DNA from: an uncultured Verrucomicrobiae bacterium
Lineage (GTDB): Bacteria > Verrucomicrobiota > Verrucomicrobiia > Limisphaerales > JAFGQR01
Assembly: GCA_963788655.1 (NCBI GenBank)
Contig: CAWBHS010000081.1
Span: 32,001 to 96,000, forward strand
Direction of reading: 5' to 3'
DNA length: 64,000 bases
Position 1 is the first letter of the stretch. Every line of letters starts with the position of its first letter. Below, one piece after another: positions 1-10,002 of this stretch. The notes beneath the pieces were generated by a model, which was not told the DNA's origin, ran no database searches, and saw nothing but the letters and a program-made list of their open reading frames with translations. The translations under genes and the position numbers were made by a program.

Positions 1-74
1 ATTTCCTTTTTGCGTATTCCGCGTGGTTCGCTGGTTGGAAGCTTTGCCCGCCTGCCAGCCAACCGGAAGAGTTC

Positions 75-189
75 AACCGCAAAGATCCCACAGAACACAA
101 AGAAGAAACGGCAATCCACTTCTAACCAATCGCCCGGCAGGCGAAACTCCATCTCCACTCGCTCTCATTTCTTTCCGATCTTTGCCGTT
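75..189. repeat. Intergenic inverted repeat (AACCGCAAAGATC...GATCTTTGCCGTT), REP-like
   Basis: 12/13-bp inverted arms at 75-87 and 177-189; same style as the elements at 44823 and 57844. Confidence 0.5.
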
Positions 190-427
190 TAGCAACGTCT
201 GTTCGCTGAAATTGCATGGCGAGCAGGCCAAAATATTGCCCTGCGTTCGGGAAATGGCTTTTCCCGCTTTCTGCACCATCATCCGGATGCGGCTCCGATC
301 TGCGCCGACCAATGAAGGGCACTCCACCACATGCGCGGAATGCTTGGACGACAGCTAAACAAATGAACTTGGCCGCGATGGCGGCTCACACTGCCATTGC
401 CGGCGGCGTTAATGTGAAACGAAACCC

Positions 428-2156
428 ATGAAAACATTATCCAAATTCCCCTCGAACACCAACGTGCTGGCTGCTTGCATTTCGCTTGGCTGTTGGCTTT
501 CCCTGTGTGTGCTGGATATGGCGCACGCTGCCTGTCCCGTAACCAACGAGGTCGGCAGTGATCTGGTGCTTCGTCTGCCTTTCATCGCGGGCCAACAGGT
601 ACACGGTGAGCCAGGGATACTGCGACGGTGACCATCTCGGTTACCAAGTGGATTTTGTCATGCCCTCCAATACGGTGGTGGTAGCCACGGCGGGAGGGAC
701 TGTGGTTGAAATAGGGAGCAACAACACCAACTGTCCATCCGGCTGCGGCGATCCGAACCGTGACGGCGGCATTTACGTTAAAATCCGGCACAATGGCCGA
801 GCCGCAACCTGGTACTCCTCGTACCTTCACCTAAACCGCCGGGTGGTGGAAACCAATGACACGGTGCAAGCCGGTCAAATCATCGGGTATTCGGGCAACA
901 CCGGATGGGCCACCGGTGTCAGCGGGGGCTTTCATTTACATTTCCACATTCGAACTGGACCGACAGCCAGCGATCCGGGCGTTCGGCCCACACCGATGCA
1001 GGGCATAGAAATGGAGACGGGGACCAGTCCCATCACCAATTTTGTGTCCGGTCGCACCTACCAGGCTCTGGATCCTACGAACGGCACGCTTCAGTTGTTG
1101 ATCAGCCGGGCAACGCAAATTGAATGGCAGTCCCAGGACAGCTATTCCTATCAACTCTTCCGTGGCACCAATTTGGGCAGTACAAACCCGGCCGACTGGC
1201 AACCGGTTGGCGACCGCATGGTTGGGGACGGCAATTGGCTCGCCATGACGGTCAAGACAGACGGTACGTCCAACTCATTTGTGGAGGGAATCGGCTATCC
1301 GCCGGACCTGAGCAAGCGCATTGTGGGCCTGCGCAATGTGGACCTCGATACCGCTTGGACTACCACCGAGGGTCGGACCATGACCATTGCCGGCATGAGG
1401 GTCCAGAGCCGGGACTATGACCTCGACGATTACCTGACTGTCACTTGCGACATGGACTTCGCCAAGCACGCCTTTCTGATCAACGCTATCGACGTAGCCA
1501 AAAACGTAGGACCGACGACGCGTGGAACCCCCTGGTTCTTCTTCAAAGATTCAACCAACGGAATCACCATCACCAACGGCGCGACAGTGATGAAGGAAGA
1601 TACAACCTACAATCTGACTTCCACCGGCCAAACACTATACGTCAGCATGCAGGCTGCCCAAACGTTGTGCTGGTTTGCGGAAAGCTCGGAAGAATATGAA
1701 CTCCAGGCGTTTGATCCCTTTGGGCAGCGAGTTTACTCGGTGGATTATCCCGCCGGGAACTACGGCGATCTGGTAATTTACGCGGTCCATTCCGGCACGT
1801 ACAAGCTCAAAATCTTGCCCCGCGTAGGAGCAAGTCTTTCGCTTTCTATGCAGTTTATTAACGGAAATCGTCGGAGCTTACGTACGTTCACAAGCGGGCA
1901 AACGATCACGTCAACCATAGCTGGCTTTTATTATGATTACGACAAATTCGCTTTCCCAGTTAGTGCCGGACAAACCTTGCGGCTTCCTGCCGCCAGCTTT
2001 CAGTGCTACCTAAGTCTCTTCAGTTCAAAGGGAGTGCTTTTACGATCACCACGCGGCGTCGATCTCATATACCCCGCCAGCCAAAGCGACACCTATTTCG
2101 TCATTCTTTGGGGAGCTGCCGCCACCTATTCTGGAGTGGTCAGCATCACGCCGTAG
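428..2156 (+). CDS. Secreted M23 family metallopeptidase with C-terminal beta-sandwich (PPC-like) domains; one frameshift near 597
   Basis: ORF 428..631 gives a signal peptide and LRLPF. It joins ORF 558..2156 at gcgggccaacagg (extra C). M23 motifs: HLGYQVDF, YLHL, GQIIGYSGNTG, HLHF. Confidence 0.8.
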
Positions 2157-2179
2157 TTGTCATCAATGGCAAGAACTGC

Positions 2180-2450
2180 GGATTCGATGCTGGAAATCCG
2201 GCAGATGGATTGGCGGATGCGAATGGCGACGGACTGACCATTTTACAGGAGTATCAACTGGGGAAGAATCCCCTGGTGGCAGACGGCGTGCGCTTTGCGG
2301 CGTTGGGTGTGTGCTGACGAATGGCTGGTTCGCTTTGACCATTGATGAGGCTCTAGGCCGGAGCACGACGTTACAAGCTTCAACGAACCTTACAGATTGG
2401 TTCCCGCTTACCAACTTCATCGGTTCGGAACGCGACGATTTATTTCGAAG
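2180..2450 (+). pseudogene. Fragment of a secreted-protein C-terminus (Ca-binding DxNGDG repeat plus C-terminal domain)
   Basis: NPADGLADANGDGLTILQEYQLGKNP, then in another frame LTNGWFALTI...LQASTNLTDWFPLTNF; no start codon. Confidence 0.6.
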
Positions 2451-2699
2451 ACACAACGGCCACAAACGCAGAGCGGTTCTATCGAGCGGTGGTGCCATAA
2501 ACAGAAAAAGTAGCGTTTCCGCATACTCTCCGAAGGGCCAACGGTTGATTTCCATTGGCAACCAAACCGCGATCTTGGGAAGGCCCCTGGGAACCACTCG
2601 CCATCATCACCCTCACCAAAAGCCCATGGGCGTATGTCGATTGGGAATCCGCCGGCCAGGCGAACCGGTTCTATCGAACCGTGCTATTGGAATAAGCCG

Positions 2700-2827
2700 A
2701 TGTCCGCCCCTAAACAAACGAAGGTCAAGCACAGCCGCGGCGCCCGCCGGACGCGGGCCGAGATCAAACTCCTGGGCACAATGCCGGACGAGGATCTGGC
2801 CCGGACGGGCATCAGCGCGGCTGCCCA
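2700..2827 (+). pseudogene. Fragment of a small HTH-like repeat protein, cut by a repeat element
   Basis: TRAEIKLLGTMPDEDLAR motif, ending at the edge of the 198-bp element. Confidence 0.4.
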
Positions 2828-3025
2828 AGCCCGGAGGGCGAAAGACAATAGCCCGGCGTTTCAACGCTGGGTTTGCGGGCCGAACGGGGAACAAGTCCCG
2901 TCAGGGACGAAAGAAAACGGTTCGCATTTGTATGGTTTCTGTCGCCCCTACGGGGCTTGAACCCGTTGGTTGGTGGTTGTCCCAGCGATAAATCGCTGGA
3001 CTATTGTCGGTCGTCCCTGCGGGAC
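2828..3025. repeat. 198-bp palindromic element (REPIN/MITE-like), copy 1
   Basis: Near-identical to 3105..3302; the ends are imperfect ~45-bp inverted repeats with internal hairpins. Confidence 0.9.
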
Positions 3026-3104
3026 CTGCCGGGATTGGACGGTGATGAGGAACGGTTCGTCCTTCTGGCGGTGCAGCCGACGCTCGCGGAGCGATCCGTT
3101 CGAC

Positions 3105-3302
3105 AGCCCGGAGGGCGAAAGACAATAGCCCGGCGTTTCAACGCTGGGTTTGCGGGGCGAACGGGGAACAAGTCCCGTCAGGGACGAAAGAAAACGGTTC
3201 GCATTCGCATGGTTTCTGTCGCCCCTACGGGGCTTGAACCCGTTGGTTGGTGGTTGTCCCAGCGATGAATCGCTGAGCTATTGTCGGTCGTCCCTACGAG
3301 AC
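3105..3302. repeat. 198-bp palindromic element, copy 2
   Basis: Direct repeat of 2828..3025 at a 277-bp offset, with few substitutions. Confidence 0.9.
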
Positions 3303-3497
3303 TTTCGGCTATGGGCGCAAGGGGCGGGCATGGTTTCCGCCCGTCGCAAAGGGCCGTCAACGTTGTCATGCGTGGCAAACGTAGCCCTTCCCGGCGCAGG
3401 CAGCGAGCCGAGAAAAGGCAACAACCCAATCACCCGTGAATCTCGATTGACGATCTCATCCTTGACACTCATTTTCCAAGTCGCCACCTTGTTTCCC

Positions 3498-3713
3498 ATG
3501 AAATTGGCAGATTTTCCGGAACTCAAAGCGTTGCCGGCGAGGCAGAAACTCAAGCTTGCCGAAGAATTGTGGTTTGAGGGAGTGAATGATGAAAGTCTGC
3601 CCGTCCCTGCCTGGCACCAGGAGTTGCTCTCTGAGCGCATCGCGGCCTACAGAGCGGGGAAGCTCAAGACCATATCCACCAAAGAACTGAAGCGGCGGCT
3701 GGGGGTTAAGTGA
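3498..3713 (+). CDS. Addiction module antitoxin (TIGR02574-like)
   Basis: MKLADFPELKALPARQKLKLAEELW...VPAWHQELLSERIAAY; 71 aa; GTGA overlap with the toxin gene. Confidence 0.85.
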   Translation: MKLADFPELKALPARQKLKLAEELWFEGVNDESLPVPAWHQELLSERIAAYRAGKLKTISTKELKRRLGVK

Positions 3714-4030
3714 GTGCCAAACCTGTTGAGGCGCTTGAGGCTGTTCAGGCTGATCTCGAATACGCAAGATCCTTTTACGAGTCGTGGAAGCCTGGAGGTG
3801 GAGCGGAAATCTGGCAGAAATATTTCGAGGCTGTGGAATGGATCGAATGGAATCCTGACCTCTTCCCGCGCAAGTTCGGAATCATTCAGCGGGCAATCTT
3901 GAAGCGAAGTTATTTTGTCGTCTATTTCTTCCAAGAGGCTGAGCGATCCATCGTCATTGCCGTCTTGGACGGGCGGCGGAACCCTCGCACAATCCGGAAA
4001 TTACTCAGAACGCGTACGCAATCCGTTTAG
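3710..4030 (+). CDS. RelE/ParE family toxin
   Basis: 106 aa; ADLEYARSFY...IEWNPDLFP...IVIAVLDGRRNP; follows the antitoxin. Confidence 0.8.
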   Translation: MSAKPVEALEAVQADLEYARSFYESWKPGGGAEIWQKYFEAVEWIEWNPDLFPRKFGIIQRAILKRSYFVVYFFQEAERSIVIAVLDGRRNPRTIRKLLRTRTQSV

Positions 4031-4102
4031 TTGCCCAAAAGTAATCTCAAAACGGAGGCGGGCTCGGTAATCGGTTAATGCCGACAAATTGCGTCCCGCT
4101 CC

Positions 4103-5545
4103 TCACGCCAAAATATCCTTCACCACTTTTCCCGCCACGTCCGTCAAACGAAAATCCCGGCCTTGCGCCCGGCAAGTCAAGCGTTTGTGGTCGATGCCGA
4201 ACAGATACAGCACGGTGGCGTGGAAATCATGAACGTGGACCGGGTTATCGACGGCGTAGTAGCCCAATTCGTCGGTGCCGCCGTAGGTGATGCCGGGCTT
4301 GATGCCGCCGCCGGCCATCCAGAGGGAGAAGCCTTTGATGTGATGATCGCGACCGTCTCCCTGGGCCATCGGCGTGCGACCGAACTCACCGCCCCACACG
4401 ATCAACGTGTCGTCGAGCATGCCGCGGTTCTTGAGGTCGGTCATCAATGCCCAGCAAGCCCGGTCCACTTTTTCAGCGACAATCTTGATGCCGTTCTTGA
4501 TGCCGCCGTGATGGTCCCAGCCGCGATGATACAAGTTGGACGAACCGCACGCCGCGTTCGGCCAATCGCCGCGCCAACAGGCAGTTGGCGGCAAACGAAC
4601 CGTCCGCGCCGTGGGTGCCGTACATCTCCAGAACCTCTTTGGGTTCCTCGGAAATGTCCATCAGGTCCGGGAACGCTGGTCTGCATGCGAAACGCCATTT
4701 CGTACTGGCTGATGCGCGTGAGGATTTCCGGGTCATCGACAGAATCATGGTGCAGCCGATTGAGCGCGTTCACCGTTTGCACGACGTCGCTCTGGCTCGC
4801 CGCCGAAACCCCCGGTGGCCGCCGGACATAAAGCACCGGGTCGCCGCTGGATTGGAATTGCACGCCTTGAAATCGGCTGGGAAGAAAGCCGCTGCGCCAT
4901 TGCCGCGCGGCAATCGGCTGGTCCTGTCCGCCGCCCGAAGACATCAACACGACAAAGCCCGGCAGATCCTCGCATTCGCTGCCCAGCCCATACAGCAGCC
5001 ATGAACCCGCGCTGGGCCGGCCCGCGATGGCGGTGCCCGTGTTCATGAACGTGTGCGCCGGATCATGATTGATCTGTTCGGTGTGCATCGAGCGGATGAT
5101 GCAGATTTCGTCCGCCAGTTTGGCCGATGTTGGGAAAGGCGGTGGAGATCTCCTGACCGGATTTGCCGAACTTCGCGAACGGATACTGCGGCGCGAAACA
5201 ATTCAGCTTCTGGCCCTGCAATTGTGCGATGGGCTGGCCTTTGGTGAACGACTCGGGCATCGGCTGGCCGTGCATTTCCGCCAGCTTCGGTTTGTTGTCA
5301 AACGTCTCCAAGTGCGACGGACCGCCCGCCATCGTAAGCCAGATGACCCGTTTGGCCTTAGCCGGATGGTGCAAGGGATTGACCACGCCGCGCCAGCGAT
5401 TCTCCGGTTTGTCCTCGGCGAGGGCGCGCACCATCAGCGCCGGATTGAGCAAGGACGCCAACGCCAGCGAACCGATACCGTTGGCGGTCTTGCCGAGAAA
5501 GGTTCGTCGTGTTTGTTGCTCCGGCGAATTGAAGAAGAAGTTCAT
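4103..5545 (-). CDS. DUF1501 domain protein (Tat signal); about three single-base frameshifts
   Basis: TRRTFLG signal, [39 protein letters not shown]. Split over ORFs 5063..5545, 4444..5088, 4473..4748 and 4103..4594. Confidence 0.9.
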
Positions 5546-5559
5546 TAGGTTTGATCGGA

Positions 5560-8500
5560 TTAGAATCGTTCGATGGTTTCGTGCAGGTTCAACACCACGC
5601 GGGCCACACTGCTCCAGGCAGCCAGTTCGGATACGTCCAGGCCGGCGGGGACCTTCTCATCGCCGACGCTGAGCAGTTTCTTGGCGGCGTCCGGATCCGC
5701 CGCGTAGCGTTCCCGTTCCTTATGATAAAAGGTGTCCAGCAATCGCGCTTCGGCGGCTTCCGGCGGACGGTTCAGCGCCCGCTGGAAAGTCCAGTTCAAG
5801 CGCGCCGGCAATGTCTTGCCACCCTCCTCGATCACCTTCGCGGCCAGGACCCGCGCGGCTTCGACGAAAATGGGATCGTTCAACAGCGTCAGCGCCTGTT
5901 GCGGGGTGTTGGAGGTTTCCCGCTCGGCAGTGCATTCTTCGCGGCTCGGCGCGTCAAAGGCCAGCAGGCTCGGATGCAGGAACGTGCGGCACCAGAACGT
6001 GTACAATCCGCGACGGTACAGCGATGGTCCGTCGTCCTGCTCCCATTTGCGCTTGGGAAAATTCAACTGCGCCCAGTAACCGGCCGGTTGATAGGGCTTC
6101 ACACTGGGACCGCCTATCTGGTCAACGAGCAGACCACTGATCGCCAGGGCGTTGTCATGCACCATTTCCGCGTCGAGTCGAAAACGCGATTGTCGGGCGA
6201 GCAGCCGGTTGTGCGGATCGATTTCGCGCAAATCTTCACGCGGCTTCGAGCCCTGGCGATACGTCTGGCACGTCACAATCAACCGGACGATATGTTTCAC
6301 ATCCCAGCCGCTCTCCTCGAACTCCACGGCTAACCAATCGAGCAATTCCGGGTGCAGCGGCCATTCTCCCTGCGCGCCGAAGTCGTCGAGCGTGCGCGAA
6401 ATGCCAGTGCCGAAAAACAGCTTCCACAGGCGGTTGACAAACACGCGCGCCGTCAGTGGATTGTCACGGGAAACCAGCCACTTCGCCAAATCGAGCCGGG
6501 TCGCCCGGCGGTCCTTAATGTCCTGATGCGGCAGAAATTCCGGCACTGCCGGTGTGACAATTTCTCCCGAGTCATCCTGCCAATTGCCGCGTGGCAACAC
6601 GCGGATGGTGCGCGGTTTCACCGTGACTGTGGCCAGGGTGGTGGGAATGGATTCCTCGAATTCCTTCCGGGCTTGCTTGGTTTGGGCAAGTTGGTCGCGC
6701 ACGGGATCCAACTCCGGTGCCATCGACCGATAATATTTGGCCAGCTCCTGGTGTTGTTGACCGGTTCGTTGGTCCTTGGTCACGCCAAGAATGGTGGCGA
6801 TTTCGTCCGGCAAACCATCCTTGCCCAAGCCCGGTTGGTCCACGGAAATGACCGCCAACCGGAATCGCCCAAGGTTGTGTTGTTTGAACTGCGACTCGTG
6901 CTTCAGCGTCACGGTCAAGATAGTCCCCGGGCCGCCGGCAATTGGCTCCTTGAAAATAAACACCGCTTGATGATCTGCCGCTTTGACGTGCCCTTCGACC
7001 GCCCAACCGGTGTCCGCCTTGCCATCGATTGCCGCGGAGATCGGATAATCCTTTTGCGCAAAATCCGCGAGCGCCGACGCAATGGACACGGGCCGGCTGT
7101 TGGTGGCGTCCTTGGCGGTCACGGCCACTTCGACTTCGGTCAACACAAAGTTGCCGTTGGCGCGCGACAGACGCCCGTGCGTCAGGCTGGGATGCGTCAA
7201 CGCTTCGAGGCGAAGTCCCGTGAGATGCTCGCGCTCCGTGCGCAGCTTGATTTGGTAAACGTCCTTATCGGGATTCTTGCCTTCCGCCAGGAGCGAATGG
7301 TCGTCGAGCAACTTCAGCGTGGCGCCGTGCTGCGATACAAATTCAACCGGCTTGATCACCGTCCAGCCCAATCGTCCCGCCGCCCGGTCGGCTTGCAGTT
7401 TTGCTTCCCACTTCGCCTGACTGGCTTCGAGATCGGCTGTCGGCGTGTCCAGTTGCTGCGTCAGAGCCACCATCTGTTGGTCCAACTGCTGCAACTTGGT
7501 TTCCTGCGCGCTCGTGGGAATCTTCACTGGCTCCGGTTTGCCGACGCCCTGCTCCTTCACGTCGGCGAAGAACGCTTCCATCCGGTAGAAATCCTTCGTC
7601 TTGAATGGATCGAATTTGTGGTCGTGACATTCGCAACACGCCATGGTGCTGCCGAGCCAAACCGTCGCGACCGCGCGCACCCGGTCCGCGGCGTACTTGG
7701 CCAGGTATTCCTTGGGTTGGGCGCCGCCTTCCTCGGTGGTGCGGCCGAGGCGATTGTACGTCGAGGCAATCCGCGCCCGCCGGCTGGGCTCCGGCAACAA
7801 ATCACCGGCCAGTTGTTCCGTCGTGAACTGGTCGAAGGGCAGATTCTGGTTAAACGCTCCGATCACATAATCCCGATACGGCCAGACACTGCGGTAATTG
7901 TCGCTGTGGTAACCATCCGTATCGGCATACCGGACGACGTCCAACCAATACATGGCCATCCGTTCCCCAAAGTGCGGCGAGTCCAGCAACCGGTCCACCA
8001 GTCGGTCGTACGCATCCGGTGAAGCATCTTTTTCAAACGCCGCCAATTCCGCGGGTGTTGGCGGCAGCCCGGTGAGATCGAATTTCAAACGGCGCAGCAG
8101 CGTTCGCCGGTCGGCCTCTTGAGACGGATCGAGCTTCTCCTTTTCCAACCGCGCCAGGATGAAATCGTCAATCGGATTGAGCGGCCAGTCTTGCTGTCTG
8201 ACTTCGGGCAACGCATGACGCACCGGCGCGAGGTACGCCCAGTGCCCTTCCCAATCGGCGCCCTGCGCGATCCAGCGCTTGAGGAGCGCGATTTGGTGCG
8301 CGCTCAGTTTTTTGCCGGACTCGGGCGGCGGCATGTGGTCGTCCATGTCCGACGTGGTGATTCGGTGGAACACTTCGCTTTGCTCCAGTTGGCCGGGCAC
8401 CACCGGGGTCACATCCGAACGCGGCGCAAACAATCCTTCCCGCGTATCCAGCCGAAGCTTGGCCTTGCGTTTGTTCTTGTCCGGCCCATGGCAGTAATAG

Positions 8501-8739
8501 CACTTGTCCGATAGGACAGGGCGAATATCGCGATTGAACTGGATGGTTTCGGGCAGGGGGGCCTCCGCGGCCGTTGCCCGGACGCCCAGACCGGCCAGGG
8601 TGAGGATGCCGACAATCAAAGAACGGCGCAGCCAGAGCCGCCGGATTTGTCGTAGAACTGCTGCCACCCGGCAATGGAGTTGGGTTTGCTGGTCCAGAAA
8701 ACGCATTGTAAAAACTGGAAATTTGGTTGTGTTGCGCAC
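5560..8739 (-). CDS. PSD1/planctomycete cytochrome c domain protein (DUF1549/DUF1553)
   Basis: FNRDIRPVLSDKCYYCHGPD (CxxCH), CCECHDHKFDP, NPLTARVFVNRLW, HPELLDWLA, NTPQQAL. The true start may be ATG 8706. Confidence 0.92.
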   Translation of the reverse strand: MRNTTKFPVFTMRFLDQQTQLHCRVAAVLRQIRRLWLRRSLIVGILTLAGLGVRATAAEAPLPETIQFNRDIRPVLSDKCYYCHGPDKNKRKAKLRLDTREGLFAPRSDVTPVVPGQLEQSEVFHRITTSDMDDHMPPPESGKKLSAHQIALLKRWIAQGADWEGHWAYLAPVRHALPEVRQQDWPLNPIDDFILARLEKEKLDPSQEADRRTLLRRLKFDLTGLPPTPAELAAFEKDASPDAYDRLVDRLLDSPHFGERMAMYWLDVVRYADTDGYHSDNYRSVWPYRDYVIGAFNQNLPFDQFTTEQLAGDLLPEPSRRARIASTYNRLGRTTEEGGAQPKEYLAKYAADRVRAVATVWLGSTMACCECHDHKFDPFKTKDFYRMEAFFADVKEQGVGKPEPVKIPTSAQETKLQQLDQQMVALTQQLDTPTADLEASQAKWEAKLQADRAAGRLGWTVIKPVEFVSQHGATLKLLDDHSLLAEGKNPDKDVYQIKLRTEREHLTGLRLEALTHPSLTHGRLSRANGNFVLTEVEVAVTAKDATNSRPVSIASALADFAQKDYPISAAIDGKADTGWAVEGHVKAADHQAVFIFKEPIAGGPGTILTVTLKHESQFKQHNLGRFRLAVISVDQPGLGKDGLPDEIATILGVTKDQRTGQQHQELAKYYRSMAPELDPVRDQLAQTKQARKEFEESIPTTLATVTVKPRTIRVLPRGNWQDDSGEIVTPAVPEFLPHQDIKDRRATRLDLAKWLVSRDNPLTARVFVNRLWKLFFGTGISRTLDDFGAQGEWPLHPELLDWLAVEFEESGWDVKHIVRLIVTCQTYRQGSKPREDLREIDPHNRLLARQSRFRLDAEMVHDNALAISGLLVDQIGGPSVKPYQPAGYWAQLNFPKRKWEQDDGPSLYRRGLYTFWCRTFLHPSLLAFDAPSREECTAERETSNTPQQALTLLNDPIFVEAARVLAAKVIEEGGKTLPARLNWTFQRALNRPPEAAEARLLDTFYHKERERYAADPDAAKKLLSVGDEKVPAGLDVSELAAWSSVARVVLNLHETIERF

Positions 8740-8981
8740 CGGTCATTACCTTAGACCAACTTTTTGCATACATTCAAGCCGCTTTTTGGAGCACTCAACG
8801 AGTCCGGGTCCCGTGGCAAACCGCCCGAGCCGCGGGTGCAATCTGCAAGCGACCTTGATGGCAAACCGTTCCCGAGGGCTCTCCCGGCCCAAAGCGCGCT
8901 CGCCCGATGCGCTTCAGGGTCAAGCAGCTTCAGGGAAACGGAGAGCGGTGACGAGGGAGCGTTCCCGCTCATCTCCTGCGC

Positions 8982-8997
8982 TGGTACGGTTCTGGCT
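8982..8997 (+). promoter_or_regulatory. Putative sigma54 (-24/-12) promoter of the DUF892 gene
   Basis: TGGTAC-GGTTC-TGGCT with GG-N10-GC spacing, ~100 bp upstream of ATG 9098. Confidence 0.55.
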
Positions 8998-9097
8998 AAA
9001 ATGAAGACAATGGTGACCGGCCGTGCCGGTCCCAAATATAACGACGAATCGTGATTTAACCGGAAATGCTAAAACGACAACCGTAGAGGAGACCATT

Positions 9098-9580
9098 ATG
9101 AAAGATCTGAAAAAACTATTTACGACGGAACTGGCGGACATGTATGACGCCGAAAAGCAATTGGTGACGACCCTGCCGAAACTGGCCAAGGCGGCCAAGG
9201 CCGATGGACTGCGCCACGCTTTCGAGGAGCACCTGGAAGAAACCAAACAGCACGTAGCGCGCTTGGAGTCCGTGTTCTCCCTGTTCGACACTCCGGCCAA
9301 AGCCAAGAAGTGCCCGGCCATGCGTGGCATCGTGGACGAAGGCGAGGAGATCGTGAAGGAGTTCAAATCCACTTCCGCTCTGGACGCGGCGCTCATCGGC
9401 GCGGCCCAGAAATCGGAGCATTACGAAATGGCCTCGTACGGATGCCTCGTTGCGTGGGCGGAGGAATTGGGCAACGATCAAGCCGCCGGGCTGTTGAAGG
9501 AAACGCTCGCGGAGGAAAAGGCGGCTGACGAAAAACTGACCCGATTGGCCGAGCAGCAGATGAACGCGATGGCGGTGTAG
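9098..9580 (+). CDS. yciF: Ferritin-like DUF892 stress protein (YciF-like)
   Basis: GAGGAG RBS; LADMYDAEKQL, HLEETKQHVARLE, CPAMRGIVDEG, AQKSEHYEMASYG, TLAEEKAADEKL. Confidence 0.9.
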   Translation: MKDLKKLFTTELADMYDAEKQLVTTLPKLAKAAKADGLRHAFEEHLEETKQHVARLESVFSLFDTPAKAKKCPAMRGIVDEGEEIVKEFKSTSALDAALIGAAQKSEHYEMASYGCLVAWAEELGNDQAAGLLKETLAEEKAADEKLTRLAEQQMNAMAV

Positions 9581-9680
9581 GACGGGATGGGCCCGCCCCG
9601 GGAAGGGTGCCTTTCTGCGGTCCCCGGCGCCGTTGGCAACCCCGCCGACGCCGCGTTCGGGGACCGCGGCTTCGCTTGCA

Positions 9681-9889
9681 GTGATTCCGATTCTTCGACT
9701 GTTTGCCTTGATTGCCGACGGGGAACGCGGCGCGCTGATCGGACCCGCGGGCGACATCGCATGGATGTGGTGGGATGGCGAAGCGGTTTTCGTCTCGCTC
9801 CTCGGGGCAACCTTCCCCAAGCCTTCGTGCATGCGCTTTTGCTGGAGTGCGCCGCGCAGGTGGGTCGCGAACTCTCCGAAGGCGACTGA
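9681..9889 (+). pseudogene. Glycoside hydrolase family 15 remnant (N-terminus fused directly to C-terminus)
   Basis: FALIADGERGALIGPAGDIAWM..WDGEAVFVSLLG, followed in another frame by RGNLPQAFVHALLLECAA-stop. Confidence 0.7.
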
Positions 9890-10002
9890 AGCCGAAACGC
9901 CGGACTTTCTCTGGCACACCGAAAGTGACAACCTTGCGGTCGCCGGCGGCATTTCGCCGCGTCAATCCGCCGCGTTCTGGGGAACGCCGTGCTCTGCCTG
10001 AA

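Noticed and set aside
2828..3302. CRISPR array
   Set aside because: Only two 198-bp units, no short repeat-spacer periodicity and no cas genes.
8814..8868. TGGCAAACCG direct repeat (8814 and 8859) as a c-di-GMP-I riboswitch
   Set aside because: Lacks the GAAA tetraloop and GACGCAAA core. It could be an activator binding site, but I cannot support that.
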